DNA from: a virus
Taxonomy: Duplodnaviria; Caudoviricetes
DNA: 26,524 nucleotides
Virus record (IMG/VR): IMGVR_UViG_3300037721_000101
Coordinates: 1-26,524 of that record
Strand: one strand, 5' to 3'
In this document: one piece after another, positions 8,085-16,914 of the stretch
Layout of the letters: each line of letters opens with the position of its first letter
Numbering within the stretch: position 1 is the first letter of the stretch
Translations under genes and position numbers: made by a program
The notes under the pieces: model-generated
The model's database searches: none
What the model was told of the DNA's origin: nothing
Seen by the model: only the letters and a program-made list of their open reading frames with translations

Positions 8085-8453
8085 CTAGTGGCTCCAGCCG
8101 AGGAGGCGGAACTCGGCGCCCGCGTCTTCCATCTCGCGCTTGGAGGTGCACTGCTCGGACGCCCAGACGAGGCGGAGGATCGCGTCGCCGTGCGAGGAGG
8201 GGCTGGTCTGGTATTCGCCGTAGAGGAAGCCCTCGTCGTCGATCCAGACGGCGTCGTGGTTGTCGGTGGGGCGTTCGGCGGCGGGTGCGATCCCGGCCTC
8301 GACGGCGGCGCGCAGCCAGGCGTCTGCAACGGAGATGGCCTGCTCCTGCTGGAGCGGCGTGAGGTCGGTCCACTTGCTGGTGGTGCCGTTGTCGTCGTGA
8401 GCGATGCGCTGCCTGTGCTCGGCGAGCTTGCGGGCGCGGGGGTCGGTGGTCAT
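8085..8453 (-). CDS. hypothetical protein (122 aa)
   Basis: GAAAGG RBS; codon usage. Confidence 0.75.
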   Translation of the reverse strand: MTTDPRARKLAEHRQRIAHDDNGTTSKWTDLTPLQQEQAISVADAWLRAAVEAGIAPAAERPTDNHDAVWIDDEGFLYGEYQTSPSSHGDAILRLVWASEQCTSKREMEDAGAEFRLLGWSH

Positions 8454-8478
8454 GTGTGTGGCCTTTCGGGTCGCGGTG

Positions 8479-8700
8479 TCAGGCGGCGGTGGGGCGGTGG
8501 TTGCACGGGGGCGGGGTCGGGCCGGACGCGGCGGTACCGCACGGCCAGGCCCCGGGGCGGGGGATGTGGTAGGCGGGCGGCTCGTCCGCGGGCTCAGCCG
8601 GCGGCGGCTTGGTCGGGGTGCGACCCGTCAGGGAGAGCAGGTAGTTGACGAGGTCGCCGTCGGCCCGGAGGGCTGCGATGTCATCCCGTTCGGCCGTCAT
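8479..8700 (-). CDS. hypothetical protein (73 aa) downstream of the helicase
   Basis: TGATG overlap with the dnaB stop. Confidence 0.7.
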   Translation of the reverse strand: MTAERDDIAALRADGDLVNYLLSLTGRTPTKPPPAEPADEPPAYHIPRPGAWPCGTAASGPTPPPCNHRPTAA

Positions 8701-10067
8701 CAGGTCTGCGCCATGTCGATGAACTGGGCATAGTGGCCCTGGAACGCGGTGGTGATCGTCGCGGTGGGGCCGGCCCGGTGCTTGCCGACGATGAAGTCCG
8801 CCTCGCCCGCCCGCGGGGACTCCTTGTCGTAGGCGTCCTCGCGGTGCAGAAGGATCACGATGTCGGCGTCCTGCTCGATCGCCCCGGACTCGCGCAGGTC
8901 GGAGACGAGCGGCTTCTTGTCGGTGCGCTGCTCAGGCCCGCGGTTGAGCTGGGCAAGGATGATCAGGGTGATCCCGAACTCCTTGGCCATGAGCTTCAGT
9001 CCGCGGGTCAGCTTGGAGACTTCGGCCTGCCGGTTCTCCGCCTTGGGCGCATCCATCAGCTGCAGGTAGTCCACGACCACGAGGCGCAGCCCGGCCGTTC
9101 GCACCATGTGCCGGACCCGCCCGCGCAGCATCGGCAGGGACAACTCGGACGAGTCGTTCAGGTAGAGCGGCGCCCCGTTGATCCGCTCGGCTGCCCGCAC
9201 CTCCCGGGCGACACCGGCGTCGTCGACGACGCCGGACTTGATGTGGTGCAGCGGCACCCGCGCCTCGGCGGACAGCAGGTTGTCGCCGAGTTCGTCGTCG
9301 CCCATCTCCAGCGATTCGAACAGGGTGGGCACGCCGTTGCGGATGGCGGCGGCTCGCGCGAAGCCGAGGCCCAGCGTCGACTTGCCCATCGCGGGCCGGG
9401 CGGCCACGACGACGAGCTGGCCCGCCTTGAAGCCGCCGTTGAACAGCTTGTCGAGGTCGATGAAGCCGGTGGGGATCCGGTCTTCGTTCGTCGGGGGCGT
9501 CACGGACCGTTCGAGGGCGCCGCCGATGATGTCGCGGGCCAGCTTGGGGGTGCTCGTGTCGAGATTGCGGACGATGTCGTCGAGGGCGTCCTGGGTGGCG
9601 GAGATGTCGGCCGCCGAGTCGAAGGCGGCGGACCGGCCCCGGATGGTCATGTCGTGGCCGAGGGCGAGGTAGCGGCGGGCGATGGCCGCCTCGGTGATCT
9701 GCTGCGCGTAGTACGAGGCCGCGGAGTACGAGGTCTGCGCCTCGTCGTACAGGCGGGCGAGCTGCGCCAGGTCGAGCGGCGGGACGGGCATGTAGCTGGT
9801 GGCGCGCCATGCCTGCATCTGCCGGTCGACGGCCTGCCAGCGGATCTCGCCCTTGGTGAGGGTCTCCCTGATCTCGTCGACGGCGTGCCACACCCAGCGC
9901 AGCTGGTCGGACTGGATGTCGGCGGGGTCGAACTCTCCCGCGAGTTCGTCGATCAGGGCGGGGCGGGCCATCGCGGAGGCGGCGATGATCCGCTCAGCCT
10001 CGATGGCGGACGGGCCGGCCGTGGCGGCGACGGCGTCGGCTTCCCAGATGTCGGGCTCGGTGCTCAC
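8700..10067 (-). CDS. dnaB: phage replicative DNA helicase, DnaB family
   Basis: Walker A AARPAMGKS, VVVDYLQLM, LAQLNRGPEQR, DLRESGAIEQDAD, KHRAGPT; GTG start at 10067. Confidence 0.95.
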   Translation of the reverse strand: MSTEPDIWEADAVAATAGPSAIEAERIIAASAMARPALIDELAGEFDPADIQSDQLRWVWHAVDEIRETLTKGEIRWQAVDRQMQAWRATSYMPVPPLDLAQLARLYDEAQTSYSAASYYAQQITEAAIARRYLALGHDMTIRGRSAAFDSAADISATQDALDDIVRNLDTSTPKLARDIIGGALERSVTPPTNEDRIPTGFIDLDKLFNGGFKAGQLVVVAARPAMGKSTLGLGFARAAAIRNGVPTLFESLEMGDDELGDNLLSAEARVPLHHIKSGVVDDAGVAREVRAAERINGAPLYLNDSSELSLPMLRGRVRHMVRTAGLRLVVVDYLQLMDAPKAENRQAEVSKLTRGLKLMAKEFGITLIILAQLNRGPEQRTDKKPLVSDLRESGAIEQDADIVILLHREDAYDKESPRAGEADFIVGKHRAGPTATITTAFQGHYAQFIDMAQT

Positions 10068-10684
10068 GCGGCGGCCCCCTTGCGGCGGTCGGCGCCTTCG
10101 AGGAGGACCACGCTGTCGCCGCACATCTCGGCGAGGCGGGAGGAAACCCGGGGGCCGGTGATCTCGGAGAGTTCGACCGGCAGCACGTCACAGGTGATGA
10201 TCGCGGGGCGGCGGTTGATGTACCGCTCATCGAAGATCTCGAAGAGCCGCTCCTGCGTCCACGTGGAGGCCTTCGCGGCGGCCAGGTCGTCGACGAACAG
10301 CAGGTCGCAGTCCTGGAGTTCCTTGACGAGGGTGCGGCGGATCTCGTCGGGGCCGTCGGGGCGGAGCGCGTCGAAGAGGGTCGTCGAGCGGAACGTGCGC
10401 AGGTCGGGGCCGCCGGACCAGGGCCGAGTGGGGGCGTACCAGGCCTGGAGCCAGCGGCGGCAGGTCTGCCAGGCGGTGTGGGTCTTGCCGACGCCGATGG
10501 GGCCGGCGAGGAAGAGGCTGTTGCCGCCCCAGCCGCCGATCCAGTCGTGGATGTCCTGGGGGATCTCGATGGGCTTGCGGTAGATGACGGGGGTCCTGGC
10601 GTCGAAGCGGTCCAGGGCGTGTAGGGATCGCTCCTGGAGCCAGACGTCGCGGGGGCTGAGGTCGTCAGCCGAACTTGAGGGCAC
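10064..10684 (-). CDS. DnaC/IstB-like AAA+ helicase loader
   Basis: GPIGVGKTH Walker A, LLFVDDL Walker B, RVSSRL, GADRR; lies between initiator and helicase. Confidence 0.9.
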   Translation of the reverse strand: MPSSSADDLSPRDVWLQERSLHALDRFDARTPVIYRKPIEIPQDIHDWIGGWGGNSLFLAGPIGVGKTHTAWQTCRRWLQAWYAPTRPWSGGPDLRTFRSTTLFDALRPDGPDEIRRTLVKELQDCDLLFVDDLAAAKASTWTQERLFEIFDERYINRRPAIITCDVLPVELSEITGPRVSSRLAEMCGDSVVLLEGADRRKGAAA

Positions 10685-11510
10685 GCTTCTTCTCCTCGTC
10701 AGTCATGTCGTGGGGTGCGGTGGCGGGGCCGGCACTCTGGCGGCGCGGCAGGGGCGGCGGGTCGTCCTCGTAGCGCTTCTGGTTGAGCCAGGTCGAGGCG
10801 TGGGGGATGAACTGCTGCTCGGTCTCGGCCGCCCGGTAGTAGTCGGCGTGGGCTTTGAGAGCAGCGAGGAGGGACGCGGAGTCGACCCCGTCCTTGATCG
10901 CCTTGCCCCAGGCTTTGGCCGCTTCGCTCTTGCCGGCCTTGCGGGGGTACAGGTGCCAGAACTCGTCAAAGGCCGGGCCGGGATCGTCACGCATGCTCGC
11001 CGCCGCAGGCGGTGAGGGAGTCTTTTTCCCTGCTCCCTGCTCCCTGCTCCCTGCTCCCTGCTCAGGGCGGAGGGTCTCCGGAGGACTCTGGCGGCCCTCC
11101 GGAGGGTTTCCGGAGCCCTCGGGAGGGTTGCGAGATGCCTGGTCAGAGGGGGTGGGCTGCCGAGGGGTGACGTCTTCCGGCCTGGGGAAGCGCGGTTTCC
11201 GTGGGTGGCTGACTTTCTGGTGCTCGGACCAGTTGGAGACGGCCAACAGACGCTTTCCGGAGGCCTCATAGAGAGTGATGAGTTGGGCCGTCTGAAGGCT
11301 CTGGAGGTCCTCGCGAGTCCTCTGGAGGATGTCCGGAGCTTCTTCGAGGGGCCAGATGGCGGCCCGGATGAGACGCGGGTCCGCCAGGCCGACGCCGTTG
11401 TCGTCGACGTAGGTCCACAAGCCGATGAAGGTGAGGCGCGCGGACAACGGCTGCTCGGCGATCGTCAGGGAGGTGAAGAACTCCGGCTTGATCGAGCGGA
11501 TCCGTGCCAT
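10665..11510 (-). CDS. phage replication initiator (replisome organizer)
   Basis: MARIRSIKPEFF N-terminus; C-terminal FDEFWHLYPRKAGK...FIPHASTWLNQKRYED. Confidence 0.9.
   Translation of the reverse strand: MARIRSIKPEFFTSLTIAEQPLSARLTFIGLWTYVDDNGVGLADPRLIRAAIWPLEEAPDILQRTREDLQSLQTAQLITLYEASGKRLLAVSNWSEHQKVSHPRKPRFPRPEDVTPRQPTPSDQASRNPPEGSGNPPEGRQSPPETLRPEQGAGSREQGAGKKTPSPPAAASMRDDPGPAFDEFWHLYPRKAGKSEAAKAWGKAIKDGVDSASLLAALKAHADYYRAAETEQQFIPHASTWLNQKRYEDDPPPLPRRQSAGPATAPHDMTDEEKKRALKFG
11027..11338. repeat. putative replication origin inside the initiator gene: (TCCCTGC)x5 plus TCCGGAGG-like iterons
   Basis: heptamer array 11027-11061; TCCGGAGG or close variants at 11077, 11098, 11109, 11119, 11256, 11300, 11321, 11332. 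Confidence 0.7.
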
Positions 11511-11599
11511 GGATTGGTCTTCTTTCGAATGCTTCGGATGGATGGGCTGGCGTGGTGTGGCGGGTCAGGGTGCGGCGCGCGGCCGGCGGACGGCGGCGG

Positions 11600-12073
11600 T
11601 CATACGGCGGCCGTCCATCCGTTGCGGGCCGCGACGGTGCGGGTCCGCGGGGACGGGCCGGGCGTCGCTCGCAGGGCGCGGTAGACGGTGTCGACGGCCT
11701 CGGCCTGCTGGCGCGGGATCCGCTTGCGCCGCCCAGCCGCCACGTCGTTGACCTGCGTGAGATACATGCCGGCGACGTGCCCGATGTGAGCGAGCGGCCA
11801 GCCGAGCGCTGCGAGGGCCTGGAGGCGGCGCATGGTGCCGGTGGCGGCCACCCGGTTGGGTGCGTCGCAGGGGGCGAGCTGGAGGATGGCGGCGGCGGTG
11901 CTTCGGAGGACGTTGGGGCGGGCCGCTGTGGCGATGTTGTGGATGGTGCGCCGGTCGACGTTGGCGGCTGCGGAGATTTCGGGCTCTGTCCACCCGTCGC
12001 TTTTGAGTGCGGCAACGTGGCGTGCGACCAGGGCGGCCAGGATGTAGCGGGTGGGTGTTCCGGGGGCGATCAC
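11600..12073 (-). CDS. tandem-HTH DNA-binding protein (157 aa)
   Basis: GTG 12073; two HTHs, GTMRRLQALAALGWPL motif. Confidence 0.8.
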   Translation of the reverse strand: MIAPGTPTRYILAALVARHVAALKSDGWTEPEISAAANVDRRTIHNIATAARPNVLRSTAAAILQLAPCDAPNRVAATGTMRRLQALAALGWPLAHIGHVAGMYLTQVNDVAAGRRKRIPRQQAEAVDTVYRALRATPGPSPRTRTVAARNGWTAAV

Positions 12074-12894
12074 GCGGCCACCGCCACGGCGTACTGGGGG
12101 TGGTCGCGGAATGCGTGTTCGACGTAGCTCTTGGAGACGCCGAGGCGTTCGGCGGCGGCGGCCCGGTCGAGTCCGGCGTACCGGATGAGTTCGCTGGCGT
12201 CCTGGGCGATGATCTGGCGGCGGGTGATGCCGTACATGGGCTCGAAGTCCGGGTCGTCGATGACGTCCATGCGGTCGGCCCAGTACTTCGGGTCGGGCCA
12301 GCGGTTGCCCTTCGCGCGCTGGCGGCTGCGGTTCGTCTTCCAGGTTTCGACGCCGTGCTCTTCGGCGGCGGTGCCGCACAGTTCCTCGTAGGCGACGGCG
12401 AGTCGTTCAGCGAGGCCGACGGAGATGACGGAATGGGGTCGCAGTTCCCATGCCCTGCGCGGTGAGATTCCCGCGTGTCGGGCCACGTGACTGACCGGCC
12501 ATCCCAGGTGTGCGAGGGCCTGTATGCGCCTGAGTGCGCCGATGACGGTCAGGGGCTGAACGGAGAGGATCTTTGCTGCGGTTTCGGGGGTGGTCTGCTG
12601 TCGCCGGCCGCGGCGCTTGGACGGCTGGGCGTGCACGAAAGCGCAGACGGTGGGGTGCCAGACACCTGCCAGTCGGGCGATTCCGGTGAGGCTCATCCCG
12701 AGTTCCTGCAGGGCCTGGATGTGTTCGCGGACGTCTGCGGCGTCGATGAGGATGCGGTCGGGCTGCTGGGTGCCGGCTTTGATGGCGCGGCGTCGTTCGT
12801 TGAAGCGGGTCCGGCAGTCGGGGAGTTGGCAGCCGTACAGCTTCACGCAGACGGTGTTGCGGTGGTGGGGGGCTTCGCGGATTGCGGTGCTCAC
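12070..12894 (-). CDS. triple-HTH DNA-binding protein with N-terminal Cys knuckle (274 aa)
   Basis: GTG 12894 with GAAGGAG RBS; YGCQLPDCR, GALRRIQALAHLGWPV, AAAERLGVSKSYV. Confidence 0.8.
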   Translation of the reverse strand: MSTAIREAPHHRNTVCVKLYGCQLPDCRTRFNERRRAIKAGTQQPDRILIDAADVREHIQALQELGMSLTGIARLAGVWHPTVCAFVHAQPSKRRGRRQQTTPETAAKILSVQPLTVIGALRRIQALAHLGWPVSHVARHAGISPRRAWELRPHSVISVGLAERLAVAYEELCGTAAEEHGVETWKTNRSRQRAKGNRWPDPKYWADRMDVIDDPDFEPMYGITRRQIIAQDASELIRYAGLDRAAAAERLGVSKSYVEHAFRDHPQYAVAVAA

Positions 12895-13088
12895 CGGTTC
12901 TCCTTCCGGCTGGTGGCGGGCAGGGCGTTGATGCGGCGGCAGGTCCACAGGGCGGTGGTGTCGCGGCCGGGCTGGTTGTCGGGTGCGGCGGGGATGCTGC
13001 GGCGGGCGGCGCGCCGGAGTTGGCGGTGCTGCCAGGCGACGGGGATGACCATGACGGCCATGACGGCGAGGTAGGTGATGGCGCGCAT
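12891..13088 (-). CDS. small membrane protein (65 aa)
   Basis: N-terminal hydrophobic helix; abuts or overlaps both neighbours. Confidence 0.7.
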   Translation of the reverse strand: MRAITYLAVMAVMVIPVAWQHRQLRRAARRSIPAAPDNQPGRDTTALWTCRRINALPATSRKENR

Positions 13089-13466
13089 CTATGCGGCCCT
13101 CCGCTGCTGGATGCGGGCGGCGGCCCGGCGGGCGGCGGCTATGCCGCTGCCCTTCGCGGTCAGCTGCCAGAGCGCGATCCTGTGGCCATGGGTGTTGGCC
13201 TGCGTGGACGGCACCATGCGGCCGGTGTGCTGGATGATCCCGCCGTTGCGCAGGGCGTTGATGGCGGCGCCGAGGAAGCCATGGCCCAGCTCGGGCAGGA
13301 CGTCTCGGAGGTCGTTGCAGGAGAACTCGCCGCGCTGCCCGCCGAAGTGGAGGACGGCCTGCTGGACGAGGAACAGGGACCAGTCGTCGGTCCGCACGAT
13401 GTCGTCGAGGAGGAGGTTCTTCTCGTCGGCTGCGAGACGCTCGGCGAGAGACAGACGCTTCGTCAT
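13089..13466 (-). CDS. winged-helix-like hypothetical protein (125 aa)
   Basis: AAGGA RBS; FSCNDLRDVLP...GAAINALRNGGIIQHTG. Confidence 0.75.
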   Translation of the reverse strand: MTKRLSLAERLAADEKNLLLDDIVRTDDWSLFLVQQAVLHFGGQRGEFSCNDLRDVLPELGHGFLGAAINALRNGGIIQHTGRMVPSTQANTHGHRIALWQLTAKGSGIAAARRAAARIQQRRAA

Positions 13467-13525
13467 GTGATGTCCTTGGGGTGAGGGCCGGCCCGATTCC
13501 CGCGGGCCGGCCTCCGGCATGCGGG

Positions 13526-14377
13526 CTACTTCGTGGCGGTCCCGGCCCACGGGTCGTCATTCGGCGGTGCGTTCCTCTTGGCCTTGCTGGTGATTTCGGC
13601 GCCGGTGACGCGCGCCTGGGGGAACGCTTCGGCGACGGTGATCTCGCGCCGGTCGATCGACTTGTGGGTGATGAGTAGCTGGGCGATGTCGGCGCCGGTC
13701 CACTGGTCCTTCTTGCGGCCGAGCTTCTGCTCCAGCTGCGCCTCGGTGACCCCGAGTGCGGTGAACACGGCGACGGCGCCCTCGACGCGCTGCTCGATCG
13801 GCTTGCCGTCGCCCTTGTTCAGGGTCTCCCGGCACAGATCTTCGGCCTCGTCGATGAAGTAGTCCGGGATCACCGCGAAGATCGCCTCGCGGAGTCGGCG
13901 GGCGCCGTTGTTCGCGTTGTTCTCATAGATGTCGCGCAGGTCGAGGAGGGCCTCGACCTTGCCCTTGGCGAACTTGGCGTGCGGGACGATGAACGTCAGC
14001 ACGTGCCGGGTGTTGGCCTCGACGTCCCACGCCCAGGCCTGCATCTCGGACTGGCGGTACTCGTCGTCGCGGCGCATCTCGGAGACGCCGTACTGGATGT
14101 TGCCCCAGGCCTGGGCGAGGGTCTTGGCGAGGTGGATCGTCGATCCCTCGACGGAGCCGCCGGCCCGCGGGAACTTGTAGAACGCCTTCTCGGCGAGCGC
14201 CAGCGTTCCGCAGGCGGCCTGCATGGAGGAGCGGGAGCGGCCGACGTCGCGGGGGAACTGGCGGGCCACGTAGATGGCGGCCTGGACTTCGGCGACGGCG
14301 CGGGACTGCTCGACGGCGGTGGACTGGCCGACGCGGTCGGGGCCCTGTGCGGGCGGCATCTGGGCGGGGAAGCTCAC
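13526..14377 (-). CDS. putative single-strand annealing protein (RecT-like partner of RecE), 283 aa
   Basis: GTG 14377 with AAGGAG RBS, directly after the RecE-like gene; ARQFPRD...FYKFPRAG.SVEGSTIHLA...AWGN; function inferred mainly from synteny. Confidence 0.65.
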   Translation of the reverse strand: MSFPAQMPPAQGPDRVGQSTAVEQSRAVAEVQAAIYVARQFPRDVGRSRSSMQAACGTLALAEKAFYKFPRAGGSVEGSTIHLAKTLAQAWGNIQYGVSEMRRDDEYRQSEMQAWAWDVEANTRHVLTFIVPHAKFAKGKVEALLDLRDIYENNANNGARRLREAIFAVIPDYFIDEAEDLCRETLNKGDGKPIEQRVEGAVAVFTALGVTEAQLEQKLGRKKDQWTGADIAQLLITHKSIDRREITVAEAFPQARVTGAEITSKAKRNAPPNDDPWAGTATK

Positions 14378-15297
14378 AGGTACATCTCCTTGTCGCGGGT
14401 CTCCGCGTATCCGGGGAGGGCGAGGTAGTTGGGTTCGGTGTCGGCGTAGCCGGGCCAGTTGCCGGTGGCCTGGCACTCGGCGAACTTTTCGATGGCGGCA
14501 CGGTTCTTGGCGCGGCCGATGGCCCGGGAGAAGAACTCGATGCCGATGACGTTGACGAGGTAGGGCGGCTTCTTCTCCTGCGCGATGAGCAGGAGTTCGG
14601 CGTCGTCTCCCCCGAGGACGAGTGCTCGGGAGGCGTCCTCGTACCAGTCGGCTTGCTGGTTGTAGCCGTACTTGGCGATGTCCTTCTGCATCGCTTCTTC
14701 GCTGGCGTCGGTGGTGGTCTTGTAGTCGGGGATGATCAGTCGTCCGGCCTGGATGGAGGGCAGCCAGTCGAAGCGGACGCGGCGCCGTATGCCGGTGGCC
14801 TCGTCGATCCAAAACCCGGACTGCTCGGGCGCCCCATAGGCGGGGTTGAGGAGGGCAGCGGCGAGGGGGTGCTGGCGGATGGCGTCGGCCATCGCCTTGA
14901 CCATGTTGAGTTCGTGCCGCTTGAGAGGGATGCCGCCCCGGGCTCGGGCTGCGGCGACCTCGGTCTTGGCCTCCTTCGTCGTCCACTCCGGGTGGTCGAC
15001 CAGGATCAGTTCGGGGCCGTTGCCGAGGACGAGCTTGTGGGCGGCGTTGCCGTAGTCGAACGTCTTGGTGGGTGCCGACGGGTTGTCCTGTTCGTAGCGG
15101 AACTTGGCGGGGCAGGACGGCGGCAGGAGCTTGCGAGCGCCGGACGAGGACAGCGACGTCTTGTCGGCGTGGTAGGTCTCGTTGGAGAGGTCCGTGTGCA
15201 GACCGAGGGCGGGCGGCTGGTCGCAGTCCTCGCAGAGACCGCCCCGGGTGAAGGGTCCGTCGGTGTTGCCGCACTGGCGGCAGGCGAGCGGGCTCAT
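14374..15297 (-). CDS. RecE-like exonuclease (exonuclease VIII / DUF3799 PD-(D/E)XK)
   Basis: YHAD..LSSSGARKLL..CPAKF, FDYGNAAHKLVL, RVRFDWL, DYKTT, YGYNQQADWY, AQEK.PPY. Confidence 0.9.
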   Translation of the reverse strand: MSPLACRQCGNTDGPFTRGGLCEDCDQPPALGLHTDLSNETYHADKTSLSSSGARKLLPPSCPAKFRYEQDNPSAPTKTFDYGNAAHKLVLGNGPELILVDHPEWTTKEAKTEVAAARARGGIPLKRHELNMVKAMADAIRQHPLAAALLNPAYGAPEQSGFWIDEATGIRRRVRFDWLPSIQAGRLIIPDYKTTTDASEEAMQKDIAKYGYNQQADWYEDASRALVLGGDDAELLLIAQEKKPPYLVNVIGIEFFSRAIGRAKNRAAIEKFAECQATGNWPGYADTEPNYLALPGYAETRDKEMYL

Positions 15298-15707
15298 CAG
15301 AACGGCACATCCGTGCTGACGTCGACGGGGACGGTCCACTGCGTGCCGCTGGGCGTCTGGTGCTGGCCGTGCCTTCCCTGCTGTACGCAGCGCCGAAGGT
15401 CGCCGGTGTCCGGGTTGAGCAGCGCCTCAGGGCACTGCGGCACCGGGGACTCCTCGGTGGCCGCCTCGCCGCGGACGATGCGCTGCAGGTAGCCGACGGC
15501 GTCGCGGTCGTACTGGATGGCGGTGACGGCGGCGACGTACTCGGGGAAGCCGGCCGCGAGGCGCGCCTTGTTGCTGGGGTCGGCGGAGTCGATCGCGACG
15601 ATCAGGTGGGTGGTGAACGATCCGGCCTGGTAGCCGCCGTCGTGGCCGAAGTGGAACAGGACGTGCGCGGCGACGTCCGGGGGGATGGTGGGGTTGCTGG
15701 TGCTCAT
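15297..15707 (-). CDS. hypothetical protein (136 aa)
   Basis: GGAG RBS; GSFTTHLIVAIDSADPSNKARLAAGFPEY; C-terminal Cys/His module. Confidence 0.8.
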   Translation of the reverse strand: MSTSNPTIPPDVAAHVLFHFGHDGGYQAGSFTTHLIVAIDSADPSNKARLAAGFPEYVAAVTAIQYDRDAVGYLQRIVRGEAATEESPVPQCPEALLNPDTGDLRRCVQQGRHGQHQTPSGTQWTVPVDVSTDVPF

Positions 15708-15876
15708 GTGGGGCTCCAGGAGGGTGCGAGGGATGGGTGGGCCCGCCGTTCGGGCGAGGGGGAGGTGCCGTGAACGGCGGGCCCTGGGATGCCGCGGCGT
15801 GGGGGCGCCGGCGGCTGGCTGTGGAGGTTGGGCCGCCGCCTCGCCAGCCGGGTGGTCATCTGGCGGGGCGGCGGGG

Positions 15877-16092
15877 TCAGAGGGCGACTTCCGGGATGCG
15901 GGCCCGGTCGTGCACGAAGTCGCTCTTGTCGCAGACGAGCCGGACGCCGATCCGCTCCCACCGTCCGTACTCGGCGACGTACTGGACGCCTTCCTCGGAG
16001 GCGGCGAAGTGGAGGACGATGCCGTCCATGTCGTAAGGCGTGCCGCAGATGTCGCAGGTCACGACGACGACCGTGATCGTGCGCGTCGCCAT
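15877..16092 (-). CDS. small CxxC protein (71 aa)
   Basis: TGATG overlap; VTCDICG. Confidence 0.7.
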   Translation of the reverse strand: MATRTITVVVVTCDICGTPYDMDGIVLHFAASEEGVQYVAEYGRWERIGVRLVCDKSDFVHDRARIPEVAL

Positions 16093-16496
16093 CAGGCCGT
16101 CCCCCTGTCGGTCTGGGCCCAGGCGGGCACGTGCGCGGGGTTCGCCATCGGCGAGAGATGCAGCGGGACCGGCTTCGCGCACATCTGGCGGATCTGCTCG
16201 ACGGGGATCTCCTGCGTCTTCGCGACGATGTGCTCGGCGAGGACCCCGATGTTCAGGCGGTGTTCCAGGTCGGCGATCTGCTGCTCAAGCCCGCGGACTG
16301 TTTCCGCGTGCCGCTTGTCGATGCGGGCGACGGTGTCGGCGTGCGCGCGCTCCTGGTCCTCGAGCTGGACGCCGAGCCCCTTGATGAGGGCGTTGGCGCC
16401 GCCGAGGAGGAACTTGAGGCGATCCACCTCGTCTGCCGCGCGGTGCTTGCGGGCGGGTCGGGGGCGTCGCGTGGGTAGCCGGTCGATGATGCTCAC
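16092..16496 (-). CDS. coiled-coil hypothetical protein (134 aa)
   Basis: GTGA overlap and GGAGG RBS. Confidence 0.75.
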   Translation of the reverse strand: MSIIDRLPTRRPRPARKHRAADEVDRLKFLLGGANALIKGLGVQLEDQERAHADTVARIDKRHAETVRGLEQQIADLEHRLNIGVLAEHIVAKTQEIPVEQIRQMCAKPVPLHLSPMANPAHVPAWAQTDRGTA

Positions 16497-16735
16497 GACG
16501 CGGCCCTCCGGTGCTGGCAGTCGCCGAGGAGGCAGGTTTCGGCGCGGCGCTTCCACTCGGCCCGGTCGACGCGCTCGTGGCGCCAGCCGTGCGCGGCCTC
16601 GTACAGACGGGTGGGACGCTCGGGAACGAACTCGGCGTGCGCACCCTGGGCGCTGTCCTCCGAGAGGTAGGAGGCGTACACGGAGCCCTCGACGCAGCCC
16701 TGCGGGTTGATGCGGATCCAGAAGCCGGCCATCAC
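16493..16735 (-). CDS. hypothetical protein (about 80 aa)
   Basis: AAGGAGG RBS; coupled at both ends. Confidence 0.7.
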   Translation of the reverse strand: MMAGFWIRINPQGCVEGSVYASYLSEDSAQGAHAEFVPERPTRLYEAAHGWRHERVDRAEWKRRAETCLLGDCQHRRAAS

Positions 16736-16914
16736 GTCCCCTCCTTGCTGATGCGGGTGCAGAAGTCCTCGAAGGACTCGGTGAAGCGGCCGTCGATGGA
16801 CGCCTGGAAGTCGGGGTCGGTGGGCCGTCGGGTGATGCCGAGGGCGGTGAGGAGGCCGGGCACGATGACCGGGGGCGCGTCCTCCGGCATCGGCGGCAGG
16901 TGGAGGATGCTCAC
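16732..16914 (-). CDS. hypothetical protein (60 aa)
   Basis: GTGA overlaps at both ends; GGAGG RBS. Confidence 0.65.
   Translation of the reverse strand: MSILHLPPMPEDAPPVIVPGLLTALGITRRPTDPDFQASIDGRFTESFEDFCTRISKEGT

Noticed and set aside
5808-10583. Long + strand ORFs (598 aa at 5808..7604, 616 aa at 8733..10583)
   Set aside because: Antisense shadows of genuine minus-strand genes, expected in high-GC DNA; no motifs or RBS
11027-11061. (TCCCTGC)5 as a phase-variation tract
   Set aside because: It lies in the linker of an essential initiator beside iterons; the frame is intact and an origin role is simpler
12070-15310. 496-aa and 594-aa ORF-track calls
   Set aside because: The N-terminal halves are Arg/Pro-rich off-frame readthrough of upstream genes; true starts are the RBS-supported GTGs at 12894 and 14377
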